DNA of 64,000 bases from an uncultured Acidobacteriota bacterium. Its GTDB lineage: Bacteria > Acidobacteriota > Vicinamibacteria > Fen-336. Made by a program: the position numbers and the translations under genes. The notes beneath the pieces were generated by a model. That model saw only the letters and a list, made by a program, of their open reading frames with translations, was not told the origin of the DNA and made no database searches. The stretch lies in contig OY970399.1 in assembly GCA_963720545.1 (NCBI GenBank), positions 32,001 through 96,000 of the forward strand, in the 5' to 3' direction. Below, in pieces: positions 34,752 through 44,873 of this stretch; position 1 is the first letter of the stretch, and the number at the start of each line of letters is the position of its first letter.

Positions 34752-37067
34752 CTAGCGGGTGTTCACGCCTGCTTCGAGGGCGTCCGCGGCCTTCGCGATG
34801 CCCGAGGCGATGCGTTCGATGACCGCCGCCACCTGCGGCACCTGGCCTTCGGCTTCATGCCACTTCTTCTGGTCCATGTATTCGCGGACCGCGGCGATCG
34901 GCTTGGCGCCGTAGCCCGTGTAGGCGCCGGGCGCGTAGATCTGGTTCTTGAACCAGGGCCGCTCCGGCAGCCCCTTCTCGTTCAGGAACAGGCGCGAGAC
35001 CTTTATCAGCTCGGCGTTCACCGGTGCCAGCGCCGCCGCAGGCACCGCGGGCGAGCCCTTGATTCGCCAGTCGAGAAGGATCTTCGAGTAGCGCTCGGAG
35101 CTGTGCTTCAACACCTCGACGGCGTTCTTCATCGGCGCGAAGTTGATGAAGGGCGGAACGGCTTCGGCAGGCGGCGGCACGGTGGGATCTTTCGGATCGT
35201 TGGTGGCGGCGAAGACCCCTTCGCGCAGCTGCAGGTTGTGCTCGTTGAATTCCTCCTGCTTGTCGCGCAGCAGCTTCTCCAGCTCGGCCTCGTACTTCGC
35301 GATCGCTTCCGCCTGCGGAGCGTAGTCGAAGGGAATGAGGTCGGCGTTGGCGAGGCGCATCATCGCGGTGCCCGCGGTCTGCGCGAGCGCGGCGCCATAC
35401 GCAAAGTCGGTGTCGGCGAAGTGCGTGTACCAGTAGAAGTCGTCGTAGATCGAGTGATACTGCGTGCCTTCGGCCTCGCCGCCAAAACCCACGTCGATCG
35501 TGGAGATGCCGGCGAGATCCTGGAACGCGGTGAAGTCGGAGCCGTCGCCAAGCGCATCGAGGACCAGGTCGGTGCGCTTGCGCAGGTCGAGGCGCTCGGC
35601 TGCGTCCTTCGCAAAGGAAAGGCGTGCGAGGCGCGAGCGCTGGAACACCGACAGCTTTGTCTCCGGGTCCGGGACGTCGCGCGCCACGCTGCTGATGAAA
35701 CTCTGCATGTCCTGGGTGCCGCCGGGGAAGAAATAGCCGCGGCTGTTGCTGTCGGAGTTGATGTAGGCGACCGCGTGCTGCTGCAGTTCCGCGAGGTGCG
35801 TTTCCACCCACTCGACCGACCCGAGCAGTCCCGGCTCCTCGCCATCCCAGGCGCAATAGACGATGCTGCGCTTCGGCACGAAGCCCTGACGGTGCAACTC
35901 GCCGAGCACGCGCGCCTCTTCCATCAGCGCCGCCGCACCCGAGACCGGATCGTCGGCGCCGTTCACCCACGCGTCATGGTGGTTGCCGCGCAGCACCCAC
36001 TGGTCGTCCGCCGCGCCGTGCAGCGTGCCGATGACGTTGTAGAGCGGTTTGCGGTCCCAGTTGGACGCCACCTTCAAGTGGACTTTGGCGGGCCCCGGAC
36101 CGACGTGATAGGTCGTCGGCAGCGCGCCGCGCCATTCCTGCGGCGCGACCTTGCCCGCGAGCGCCGCGATCAACGGCAGCGCGTCGGCGGCGGAGATGGG
36201 CATCACCGGGATTTTGGTGATGGTCTTCGCGTCCTTGATCTCGAGGCGCCTGGCATCGGCGGTTGCGCCGACGCCGGGGGTCAGGGGATCGCCGGGGTAG
36301 TCCGTGTCCATGACGCTGCCGCGCTGCACGCCGTCGCGCGGACGCCAGCCGCCCTGCGGATAGTCGTCGCCCTGGAAATGGCCGTCGTCCCACGGATCGG
36401 AATAGATGATGCAGCCGATGGCGCCGTGCTCGGCCGCGACCTTCGGCTTGATGCCGCGCCAGCCGCCGCCGTAGCGCGCGATCACGATGGCGCCCTTCAC
36501 CGACACTCCCAGCCGATCGAGGCGGTCGTAGTCCTCGCGGTTGCCGTAGTTCACGTAGACGAGCGGCGCCGTGACGTCGCCGTCGGCGGAGTAGGCGTTG
36601 TAGGTGGGCAGCTGCTCCTTCGCCTGGTTCGAGGTCGGATCGACCGAGAGCGCCGGCTCCTGCAGCTTCGCGACGAAACGCGTGGGCGCCACCAGTTCGA
36701 GGAGCCGCTCCTTCGGCGTCGGAAACAGCACGCTGAAGGTCTCGATGCGCGTGTCGAGCCCCCATTCCTTGAACCGGGCCGCGATCCACTCGGCGTTGTC
36801 CTTGCCGTAGGGCGAGCCCACATGGTGCGGGCGCGCGCTCAGCCGGCGCATGTTCTCGCGGATGTTGGCGGCGACGACGCCGGCCTTGAACTTGGCCTCC
36901 CACTCGACCTGCGCCGGCGAACTCTTGTCGGTGTAGCCGAGCAGGTGCCCGCCGATCGCAGCCGAAGCCACCGGCTCGTCACTCGGCGTCGCGGCGTGGA
37001 GTTGGGGTTGCAGCGGTGCGGTTGCGAGCAGTGAAGCGACGAGCCAGCGCGTTGTCATGGCTCTCAT
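34752..37067 (-). CDS. M28 peptidase (glutamate carboxypeptidase II-like; PA and TfR dimerisation domains)
   Basis: GNHHDAW, GADDPVSG, WDGEE, GSDF, YHSIYD. Confidence 0.9.
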   Translation of the reverse strand: MRAMTTRWLVASLLATAPLQPQLHAATPSDEPVASAAIGGHLLGYTDKSSPAQVEWEAKFKAGVVAANIRENMRRLSARPHHVGSPYGKDNAEWIAARFKEWGLDTRIETFSVLFPTPKERLLELVAPTRFVAKLQEPALSVDPTSNQAKEQLPTYNAYSADGDVTAPLVYVNYGNREDYDRLDRLGVSVKGAIVIARYGGGWRGIKPKVAAEHGAIGCIIYSDPWDDGHFQGDDYPQGGWRPRDGVQRGSVMDTDYPGDPLTPGVGATADARRLEIKDAKTITKIPVMPISAADALPLIAALAGKVAPQEWRGALPTTYHVGPGPAKVHLKVASNWDRKPLYNVIGTLHGAADDQWVLRGNHHDAWVNGADDPVSGAAALMEEARVLGELHRQGFVPKRSIVYCAWDGEEPGLLGSVEWVETHLAELQQHAVAYINSDSNSRGYFFPGGTQDMQSFISSVARDVPDPETKLSVFQRSRLARLSFAKDAAERLDLRKRTDLVLDALGDGSDFTAFQDLAGISTIDVGFGGEAEGTQYHSIYDDFYWYTHFADTDFAYGAALAQTAGTAMMRLANADLIPFDYAPQAEAIAKYEAELEKLLRDKQEEFNEHNLQLREGVFAATNDPKDPTVPPPAEAVPPFINFAPMKNAVEVLKHSSERYSKILLDWRIKGSPAVPAAALAPVNAELIKVSRLFLNEKGLPERPWFKNQIYAPGAYTGYGAKPIAAVREYMDQKKWHEAEGQVPQVAAVIERIASGIAKAADALEAGVNTR

Positions 37068-37083
37068 GCTACTCGGCGCGCCG

Positions 37084-37701
37084 CTACTGCAGCAGTTCGT
37101 GCGTCCTGGAAACCAGCTGCTTGCGCATCTTGTCCTCGATCACGTGCTCGCCGAGCCAGACGGCGAACACCGCGTCGGCGAATGCCTTGTCGTTGATCGC
37201 CGGCTTGGCTTCGCCGTTCACCGTCGTCAGCAGGCCGTGCCCCGGCAGCCAATGAATGATGCACTCCTGGCCAGCCTTGGCGTCGCTCCAGTAGGCGAGG
37301 AACCGCGCCAGCAGCTGCGGGTCGCTTGGCGGCATGTAGTCGCGAAAGCCGGCGCGAATCTGTTCAGCGGAAACGGTCCGCACCAGCTTCAGCACGTACT
37401 TTTTTTCGAAGTCGCCGGTGACGAGGGCGTGGTAGAAGGCCTTGCTGTTGAGGTTCGCCCGGTGAGCCTGCAGCGGCCCGGCGAGTGCCGCGTCCTCGGC
37501 ATAGAAGGCGAGCGCGTAGATCTTGAACTTGAGGAACGTCTTGGTGCGCAGCCCCACGCCGAATAGCGCCATCTTGCCGTCGCGCGTCGGAAACGCGAGG
37601 CCGGTCTTCGGCTCGGTGACGACTTCCGCGGTGGACGGCACGGGCAAGGACAGGGACAAGGACAGCGCGAGCGCCAGGCTCGCGGGGGCAATCGCTCTCA
37701 T
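37084..37701 (-). CDS. Chalcone-isomerase-like fold protein
   Basis: Signal peptide, GVGLRTKTFLKFKIYA, FADAVFAVWLG. Confidence 0.75.
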   Translation of the reverse strand: MRAIAPASLALALSLSLSLPVPSTAEVVTEPKTGLAFPTRDGKMALFGVGLRTKTFLKFKIYALAFYAEDAALAGPLQAHRANLNSKAFYHALVTGDFEKKYVLKLVRTVSAEQIRAGFRDYMPPSDPQLLARFLAYWSDAKAGQECIIHWLPGHGLLTTVNGEAKPAINDKAFADAVFAVWLGEHVIEDKMRKQLVSRTHELLQ

Positions 37702-37715
37702 TCGTGGGAGTGAGT

Positions 37716-37940
37716 TTACTTCGCCGGCGGCTTGAGCCTCGACTTCGCGGCCGGCTTGCCGCGCAGCGCGTCCACGAGCAGGCGATAGGTCATCTGCGGT
37801 ACGGCGTCCTCGATGGTGTCGAGGACCGAGCCCATGTGCGGTGGCAGACCGAGGTCTGCGGCTTCGGCCGCGAAGCGTTCCTCCCGCTCGGTCGGCGGTC
37901 TTCCGGGCGGACCGGCCTGTTTGGGAGCGGATTTTGGCAT
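37716..37940 (-). CDS. Small hypothetical protein
   Basis: 74-aa ATG ORF filling an intergenic gap, with TAAGAT just upstream. Confidence 0.45.
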   Translation of the reverse strand: MPKSAPKQAGPPGRPPTEREERFAAEAADLGLPPHMGSVLDTIEDAVPQMTYRLLVDALRGKPAAKSRLKPPAK

Positions 37941-38054
37941 GGGGGTGAATCTTAAGGCCGGCGGTGCCCTGGATCACGATTGCAGTGGATAGCGAGGGCT
38001 CCGAATGCGATCATTCCGCCAGCCAATCACCTTAGGAACATCAGGAGCGACACC

Positions 38055-38393
38055 ATGATCACCAAGGCTTACGCTGTCATCAGCACTGCGTACCTGAAGG
38101 GCGCTCGGTCGTGGTACGAAAAACTGTTCGGGCGCGAGCCGGATGCCACACCGACGACACCTCTCCATGAGTGGTATTTCGGCGAGAGCGGTGTGCAGCT
38201 GCTCGACGACATCGCCCGCGCCGGTCAGTCGCGTGTCACCTTTGTCGTCGACGACCTCGAGGCGGTGCGCGACGGCCTTGCGGACCGCGGGCTGACGCTT
38301 GGGCGGGCCTTCAAGGGGGATGCCGCGACGACCGCGCAGATCGAGGATGCGGACGGCAACGTGGTGACGTTCACCCAGCCGCTCGCGTCATAG
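38055..38393 (+). CDS. VOC/glyoxalase family protein
   Basis: WYEKLFGR, FVVDDL, IEDADGNVVTF; AGGAG RBS. Confidence 0.8.
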   Translation: MITKAYAVISTAYLKGARSWYEKLFGREPDATPTTPLHEWYFGESGVQLLDDIARAGQSRVTFVVDDLEAVRDGLADRGLTLGRAFKGDAATTAQIEDADGNVVTFTQPLAS

Positions 38394-38434
38394 CCTCGCG
38401 AATCTCGGAACTTCGCCGGGCGCGTCGGCGCCGC

Positions 38435-38734
38435 CTAGCGCGACTGTGCTGTGCTCTCCGCCTCTGGCAACGGTTCGATGTAGAACGTCACGCGCACGAC
38501 GCCGCCCAGGTGGCTCGACACCGACTTGACCGAGCCGAGCTCGAGGGCGTTGCCGGCGACGATCGCGTGATAATCGGCGGCGGAATCGTCGATGCACTCA
38601 CCGCGATATTCGACGGCGAGCAGGTGCCGCCCGTCCGGAGCGCGCTGCCAGGCAAACGCATCGATCGGGCGCAGGAACTTGCCACTGCGATAGAGAGCCC
38701 CAAAGGGCCGGTCATCAGACCTGAGAGCATTCAT
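38435..38734 (-). CDS. Hypothetical protein
   Basis: 99-aa ORF with protein-like composition in an otherwise empty gap. Confidence 0.35.
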   Translation of the reverse strand: MNALRSDDRPFGALYRSGKFLRPIDAFAWQRAPDGRHLLAVEYRGECIDDSAADYHAIVAGNALELGSVKSVSSHLGGVVRVTFYIEPLPEAESTAQSR

Positions 38735-38856
38735 GTCACGACCTGCGATGACGTCATCGCGTCCTTGCGGGTTAACGGCGGAGAGGAGTCATGTCACTAT
38801 CGCGCCAGGGAGAGGCCGAGTCAAGGCTCTTTTGAAGTTTTTCGGGCGAAATACGC

Positions 38857-39714
38857 CTACGGTTTGCGCATCCCCCCTGATTCCAGCACCTTGACGCCTC
38901 CGGGGCAGGGAACATGGCGCCGCGGTCTTGCCGCCCCACCCCGGCCAGGCGCCGTATCAGGCAGCCCGGCGCCACCGCTGCGCGCATAGCGGACGGCGCG
39001 GCGGCCGGAACGGAACCGGCGCTTGATCTCGAGGCGCCGCTCGCCCTTCTTGTCGCCCAGCCCGCTGACCGTTTCGTCCTCGCCGGTCTGCGGATTGAAG
39101 AAGCCGATGTAGCCGCCGGGGTTGATACCGAACGATTTCAGCGTCTTCCCCTTCTGGACGGTGCCAAGGAAGTCGTTGCGGCCGCCAACTTCGTTGGTGC
39201 CGGTGAAGTAGAGCGGCAGCAGGAAATTGGAAACCGCGATGCCGTCGACCAGGTAGGTTTCCGACTGGACCGCGTCGCACATCTCGTACCAATGGAACAC
39301 ATCCTGGTTCGCTTCCGAGGGATGCGGACCGCGCACCAGCAGGTTCACCTCCGGATCGGCGATCAGCTCGAGCGCTTCGTGCGAGAACGTTACGCTCCAC
39401 GGCTCCTTCAGTTCCTTGGCGAGCTTCGTGAACACGAAGCCGAACGGAATGCCGCGGTTGTTGGCCTCGTGATAGCCGACCGCGTCATCGACGTCGCTGC
39501 CGTTCCAAAGGTAGAGGACCGCGTCGCCGCGCATGTCGCGCAGCTCTTTGGTTTCGGGCGAGGCCGTGCTCTTGCCCTCGAGCCGAAGCGTGGCCCCCAG
39601 GCTCCAGTACGGTTTGAAATCGTAGTGGACCTGGCGGTTGACGGCGCGCAGCGTCGCGTGCACCTCGGCATCGTCGATGTCCGTGCCGGTGTGGTTGATG
39701 ACGGAAATGATCAT
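38857..39714 (-). CDS. Hypothetical protein with GYH / HExxE / ExCD motifs
   Basis: AVGYH, SHEALELIADP, YEMCDAV, VSNFLLPLYF; AGGAGG RBS. Confidence 0.75.
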   Translation of the reverse strand: MIISVINHTGTDIDDAEVHATLRAVNRQVHYDFKPYWSLGATLRLEGKSTASPETKELRDMRGDAVLYLWNGSDVDDAVGYHEANNRGIPFGFVFTKLAKELKEPWSVTFSHEALELIADPEVNLLVRGPHPSEANQDVFHWYEMCDAVQSETYLVDGIAVSNFLLPLYFTGTNEVGGRNDFLGTVQKGKTLKSFGINPGGYIGFFNPQTGEDETVSGLGDKKGERRLEIKRRFRSGRRAVRYARSGGAGLPDTAPGRGGAARPRRHVPCPGGVKVLESGGMRKP

Positions 39715-39788
39715 GCGGCCCTCCTGAGTACCGGGAGGCTAACCCGTCGCGGGGTTGCGCGGCGAACCGGCGCCTGTAACGTCGGGCG

Positions 39789-40832
39789 ATGGCCCGCGCC
39801 CTCGCTGCCGCCGTCCTTCTTGTCACGCTCGGCCCCGCCGCGCGCGCCAGCGGAGCCGATGAGGACGCGGCCGCCTATCGCGCCGTTGTCGAACGCTACC
39901 GAACCGGCGGTTCCGCGGCAGCGATCCGGGCGCTCAGCGACTGGGATGTGGAGCGGCTCGGCAAGGCGGCGCGCCAGGTCGCCGAGTTGAAGGCGGGCGC
40001 ACGCGAGAGAACCGGGTGGGATGCGCCGACGCTGTCGGCCGCCTGCCTGATGCACCTCGAGGCGCTGCTCGCCGGCGACAGCCGGCCCGCGTTCCGGCGC
40101 GTCAACCTCACGGCCGCCCAGGACTGCGTGGCGCGGCTGCGCCGCCTGAAGCCTTTGCCGCCGCTCGCCGCCGACCTGAACCTGGCGGTGGCGCTCTGGC
40201 TCCAGGGCCAGCTGCGTTTCGCAGACCTGCGCGCGTTCTTCGAGGACGCGGGCGACAGGTTCGCGGGCAACGCGGGCTGGCTGCTCGCGCAGGCGACGAT
40301 GCAGGAAACACTGGCCGCGCGCCGGCTCGAAAGAGCGCGCCGCGCGTTCCTCGTGCCGGCGGCGGGAGACAGCCTGGCGGCTGCGGAGCGCCTGCTGCGC
40401 CGTGCGCTCGAGCTCGAGCCGCGGCTGTCCGAGGCGCGCATCCGGCTGGGCCACGTGCTCCTGCTCGAGGGGCAGGGGCAAGCCGCGGTCGCGATGCTGC
40501 AGCCCATGACCGAGGCATCGAACCAGCCGCCGACACGATATCTGGCGCACCTCTTCATCGGCGCAGCCCACCGCGCGGCGGGGCGACTCACGGAAGCACA
40601 AGCGGCGTTTGCAGCGAGCGCCGCGGCTTACCCCTGCGGCCAGACCGCTCTGCTGGCGTTGCTGCAGGCCGCCGTGCGCGTCGGCGCGGGTAGGGAAGCG
40701 GCGCACGCCCGCATGATGGAGTCGCTGCAGCCGGTGTCCGGCTGCACCGATCCGTGGTCGGTCTACGACTTCGGGCAGGCGCCGTATCTGCCCGGCTTTC
40801 TTGCGGCGCTGCGGCAGGGGCTCGCACCGTGA
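39789..40832 (+). CDS. Secreted TPR-containing protein
   Basis: Signal peptide, ALELEPRLSEARIRLG, C-terminal DPWSVYDFGQ; coupled to the VWA gene. Confidence 0.75.
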   Translation: MARALAAAVLLVTLGPAARASGADEDAAAYRAVVERYRTGGSAAAIRALSDWDVERLGKAARQVAELKAGARERTGWDAPTLSAACLMHLEALLAGDSRPAFRRVNLTAAQDCVARLRRLKPLPPLAADLNLAVALWLQGQLRFADLRAFFEDAGDRFAGNAGWLLAQATMQETLAARRLERARRAFLVPAAGDSLAAAERLLRRALELEPRLSEARIRLGHVLLLEGQGQAAVAMLQPMTEASNQPPTRYLAHLFIGAAHRAAGRLTEAQAAFAASAAAYPCGQTALLALLQAAVRVGAGREAAHARMMESLQPVSGCTDPWSVYDFGQAPYLPGFLAALRQGLAP

Positions 40833-41767
40833 GCCTGCTGCCAAGCGTCGTGAGTGCGACTGCGGTTGCGATTGCGGCTGCAGCTCTCGCGGCGGCGGCC
40901 CTCGGCGCGTCCGCGCCACAGGCGCCGCAAGTGCCCACCTTCACTTCCGTTGGCGCCGTCGTGCGCCTCGACGTGCTCGCGCTGCGCGGCGACCAAGCAC
41001 TCGTCGGGCTCGGCGGCGACGATTTCGAAGTGCGGGACAACGGCGTGCTGCAGCAGGTGCGTGTCACCGCCGGCGAGGCGCTGCGCTGGAAAGTGATCGT
41101 GTTGCTCGATACGAGCCAGAGCGTTGCCGGGCCGAAGCTCGCCGCCTTTCGCGACGCCGCGCACACCATCGCCAAAGCCGCGCGGCCAGGCGACGACATT
41201 GCGCTCATGACCTTCTCCGACCGGGTGGAACTGCGCAGCGGCATTTCCGGCCTCGACAACATCCGCGCCGGCGGCAGCACCGCGCTCTGCGATGCCATCT
41301 TCGCGGCGCTTGCGGTCGCGGAGGAAGGCGAAGCACGGGCGCTCGTCATCCTGTTGAGCGATGGCGCCGACACCATGAGCTGGCTGTCGGCCGACGACGT
41401 CGCCGAGGCCGCGCGCCGCTCGGAAGCGACCGTCTATGCGATCAGCACGACGGCCGGCGCCGATCCGCGGCGTTCGCCGATCGCGCGACCCACGTGGGAG
41501 TCGATCGCCGAGGAGAACGACGAGCGCTTCCTGCAGCGCATCGCCCGCGACACGGGTGGCCTGCTACTGCGCGCGCCGACGCCCGTGAAGCTGCAGGAGC
41601 GCATCGCCTCGGTGCTGGAGACGATTTCCGCTCGTTACCTGATCGGTTACGAACCCACGGGCGTGTCCCGGGACGGCTGGCACGACGTCTCGGTGCGCCT
41701 GCGGCGCGGCAGCGGCGAGATCGTGGCGCGTCCCGGCTACTTTGCGAGCGCCAGCGGCGGCCGCTGA
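40829..41767 (+). CDS. VWA-domain protein (Acidobacterial VWFA-related)
   Basis: PTF..V..DV, LLDTSQS MIDAS, TALCDA, LSDGAD, TGG, YLIGYEP, ARPGY. Confidence 0.85.
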   Translation: MSLLPSVVSATAVAIAAAALAAAALGASAPQAPQVPTFTSVGAVVRLDVLALRGDQALVGLGGDDFEVRDNGVLQQVRVTAGEALRWKVIVLLDTSQSVAGPKLAAFRDAAHTIAKAARPGDDIALMTFSDRVELRSGISGLDNIRAGGSTALCDAIFAALAVAEEGEARALVILLSDGADTMSWLSADDVAEAARRSEATVYAISTTAGADPRRSPIARPTWESIAEENDERFLQRIARDTGGLLLRAPTPVKLQERIASVLETISARYLIGYEPTGVSRDGWHDVSVRLRRGSGEIVARPGYFASASGGR

Positions 41768-41818
41768 GATAACCTCCGCAACGTCAACCTGGCCATTGCC
41801 ATCGCCATCGGAGGCACC

Positions 41819-43819
41819 ATGACATCGATCGGCCGCATGCGGACCCTGGGTGTGCTCGTCGCCCTGGGCGGAACAACGCTGCTGGCGCCTATGCTGCGCG
41901 CCCAGGCGCCGACACAGCCGGAGAAAGCACCGCTCTACCCGGCGTTCCCCAGCGAGATGCCGGCGCGCTTCGTGCCCGCGACCGTGGGCTGGGATTACGA
42001 GCAGCGCGACGTCATGATCCCGATGCGCGACGGCGTGAAGCTGCACACGATCGTGCTGGTGCCGAAGGGCGCCAAAGGCGCGCCCATTCTCCTGACGCGC
42101 ACGCCCTACGAAGCCAAGGCGCTCGTCGGCCACGCGCACAGCGCGCACCTCGGGCCGATCCTGCAGGGCTACGACAACGCCACCGACGTCATCGTCGAGG
42201 GCGGTTACATCCGCGTGATGCAGGACGTGCGCGGCAAGTACGGCTCCGAGGGCGACTACGTGATGAACCGGCCGCTGCACGGGCCGCAGAACCCGACGCC
42301 CGTGGACCACGCGACCGACACCTTCGACACCATCGACTGGCTGGTGAAGAACGTCCCGGAATCGAACGGCAAGGTCGGCATCCTCGGCATTTCCTACGAC
42401 GGCTTCCTGCCCCTGATGGCGCTCGTCAACCCGCACCCGGCGCTCAAAGTGTCGGTGCCGATGAACCCCATGGTCGACGGCTGGATGGGCGACGACTGGT
42501 TTCACAACGGCGCCTTCCGCCAGAACATGATGACTTACATCCACGACCAGGAAGCGACCCGCGAGAACGACGCCATCTGGTACACGACGCACTACGACGA
42601 GTACGAGGCGTACATGGCTGCCGGTTCGGCGGGCGAGCTCGGTCGCCAGCGCGGGCTCGAACAGATCGGCTTCTGGCGCAAGGTCCTCGAGCATCCGAGC
42701 TACGACGCCTTCTGGAGCGACCAGGCAGTGGACAAGATCCTGGCCGCGCAGCCGCTCGCGGTGCCGGTGATGCTGGTGCACAGCCTCTGGGACCAGGAAG
42801 ACATCTACGGCGCCATCGCCGTGTACAAGGCAATCGAGCCTAAGGACACGCGCAACGACAAGGTGTTCCTGGTGATGGGTCCGTGGCACCACGGCCAGGA
42901 GATCGGCGACGGCAGCACGCTGGGCGCGCTGCGATTCGGCGCCGACACCGGCCTGCAGTTCCGCACCGAGGTGCTGCGGCCGTTCCTCGACCAGTACCTG
43001 AAGGACGGCGCTCCCAAGGCCGACATCGCGCCGGTGTCGGCGTTCGAGACCGGCACCAACAAGTGGCGGCGGCTCAGCCACTGGCCTTCCGGCTGCGACG
43101 CGGGCTGCGACACCGAGAAGAAGCCGCTCTACCTCGGCGCCGGCCTCAAGCTCGGTTTCGACGCGCCGCGCGCCGGCGGCGCCGCGTTCGAGGAGTACGT
43201 CTCCGATCCGGCGAAGCCGGTGCCGTATCGCGCGCGCCCCGTGATCAACAGCTACGACGCCGCGAACAGCTGGGCGCGCTGGCTGGTCGACGACCAGCGC
43301 GAACAGTCGGGACGGCCCGACGTGCTGGTGTTCCAGGGCGACAGGCTGACGGCACCGCTGAAGGTCAGCGGCGAGCCGCTCGTCAACCTGGTCGCTTCCA
43401 CGAGCGGCACCGACTCCGACTGGGTGGTGAAGCTCATCGACGTCTATCCCGACGAAGTCGCGGGGCAGCCCGAGATGGGCGGTTACCAGCTGATGGTGGC
43501 CGCCGACATCTTCCGCGGCCGCTACCGCGAGAGTTTCGCGAGCGCGAAGGCGCTCGCCGCCGACACCCCGCTCGCGTACCGCTTCGCGCTGCCGACCACC
43601 AACCACGTGTTCCTGCCCGGCCACCGGCTGATGGTGCAGGTGCAGTCGAGCTGGTTCCCGCTCTACGACCGCAACCCGCAGACGTTCGTGCCGAGCATCT
43701 TCAACGCGCAGCCCGGCGACTACCGCAAGGCCGTGCAGCGCGTCTACCACGCGCCGGAGCAAGCGAGCTTCATCGAGCTGCCGGTGATCGTCGCCAGGGG
43801 CAAGTCGGCTTCACGGTAA
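41819..43819 (+). CDS. CocE/NonD family hydrolase (alpha-amino acid ester hydrolase-like)
   Basis: MRDGVKL, RTPY, QDVRG, GISYDG, GPWHHG, SSWFPLYDRN. Confidence 0.9.
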   Translation: MTSIGRMRTLGVLVALGGTTLLAPMLRAQAPTQPEKAPLYPAFPSEMPARFVPATVGWDYEQRDVMIPMRDGVKLHTIVLVPKGAKGAPILLTRTPYEAKALVGHAHSAHLGPILQGYDNATDVIVEGGYIRVMQDVRGKYGSEGDYVMNRPLHGPQNPTPVDHATDTFDTIDWLVKNVPESNGKVGILGISYDGFLPLMALVNPHPALKVSVPMNPMVDGWMGDDWFHNGAFRQNMMTYIHDQEATRENDAIWYTTHYDEYEAYMAAGSAGELGRQRGLEQIGFWRKVLEHPSYDAFWSDQAVDKILAAQPLAVPVMLVHSLWDQEDIYGAIAVYKAIEPKDTRNDKVFLVMGPWHHGQEIGDGSTLGALRFGADTGLQFRTEVLRPFLDQYLKDGAPKADIAPVSAFETGTNKWRRLSHWPSGCDAGCDTEKKPLYLGAGLKLGFDAPRAGGAAFEEYVSDPAKPVPYRARPVINSYDAANSWARWLVDDQREQSGRPDVLVFQGDRLTAPLKVSGEPLVNLVASTSGTDSDWVVKLIDVYPDEVAGQPEMGGYQLMVAADIFRGRYRESFASAKALAADTPLAYRFALPTTNHVFLPGHRLMVQVQSSWFPLYDRNPQTFVPSIFNAQPGDYRKAVQRVYHAPEQASFIELPVIVARGKSASR

Positions 43820-43829
43820 CCTTGTGCCC

Positions 43830-44873
43830 ATGAACACCAGGTCTTACGCGGCAGCTTCTGCCACCAGTGCGCTTGCGCCGTACTCCTTCAACCGGCGCGA
43901 GCCGCTGTCGACGGACGTCGACATCGTCATCGACTACTGCGGCGTATGCCACTCCGACATCCACCAGGCGCGCAGCGAGTGGGGGCCGGCGCTCTACCCC
44001 TGCGTGCCGGGCCACGAGATCGTTGGCCACGTGGCGCGCGTGGGTTCGAAGGTGCGCAAGTTCAAGGAAGGCGACGTCGCCGCGGTCGGCTGCATGGTCG
44101 AATCGTGCCGCAATTGCCCCCCCTGCCGGCGCGGGCTCGAGCAGTACTGCGAGCAAGGCGCCACCTGGACCTACAACGCCGTCGACGGGCACAACGGCGG
44201 TCCGACCTTCGGCGGCTATTCGGAGCGCATCGTGGTGGACGAGGCCTTCACGCTGCGCGTGCCCGCCGGCGCCGACCTCGCCGCCACGGCGCCGCTGCTG
44301 TGTGCCGGCATCACCACGTATTCACCGCTGCGTCACTGGAAGGTGGGCAAGGACCAGAAGGTCGCCATCATCGGCCTGGGCGGATTGGGCCACATGGGCG
44401 TGAAGCTGGCGCGCTCGTTCGGCGCGCACGTGGTGCTCTTCACCACCTCGCCCGGCAAGGTCGCGGACGGGCTGCGCCTCGGCGCCCACGAAGTCGTGCT
44501 CTCGACCGACCCCGGCGCGATGGAGAAGCAGAAGCGCAGCTTCGACTTCGTCATCGACACGGTCTCCGCCGATCACGACATCAATACGTACCTGCGGCTC
44601 GTGAAGCTCGACGGCACGCTGACACTCGTGGGCTTGCCGGAGAAGCCGTTCACGCTGCCGGCGTCGAGCATGACGCCGCGCATGCAGTTCGCGGGGTCGG
44701 GCATCGGCGGCATCGCCGAAACGCAGGAGATGCTCGACTACTGCGCGGAGTACGGCATCACCAGCGACATCGAGATGCTGCGCATCCAGGACATCAACGC
44801 GGCCTACGACCGCATGCTGCGCAACGACGTGAAGTACCGCTTCGTCATCGACATGAAGTCGCTGGCGGGCTAG
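43830..44873 (+). CDS. NAD(P)-dependent zinc alcohol dehydrogenase (CAD/YahK-like)
   Basis: CGVCHSD, PGHEIVG, structural zinc cysteines, GLGGLGH, YRFVID. Confidence 0.93.
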   Translation: MNTRSYAAASATSALAPYSFNRREPLSTDVDIVIDYCGVCHSDIHQARSEWGPALYPCVPGHEIVGHVARVGSKVRKFKEGDVAAVGCMVESCRNCPPCRRGLEQYCEQGATWTYNAVDGHNGGPTFGGYSERIVVDEAFTLRVPAGADLAATAPLLCAGITTYSPLRHWKVGKDQKVAIIGLGGLGHMGVKLARSFGAHVVLFTTSPGKVADGLRLGAHEVVLSTDPGAMEKQKRSFDFVIDTVSADHDINTYLRLVKLDGTLTLVGLPEKPFTLPASSMTPRMQFAGSGIGGIAETQEMLDYCAEYGITSDIEMLRIQDINAAYDRMLRNDVKYRFVIDMKSLAG

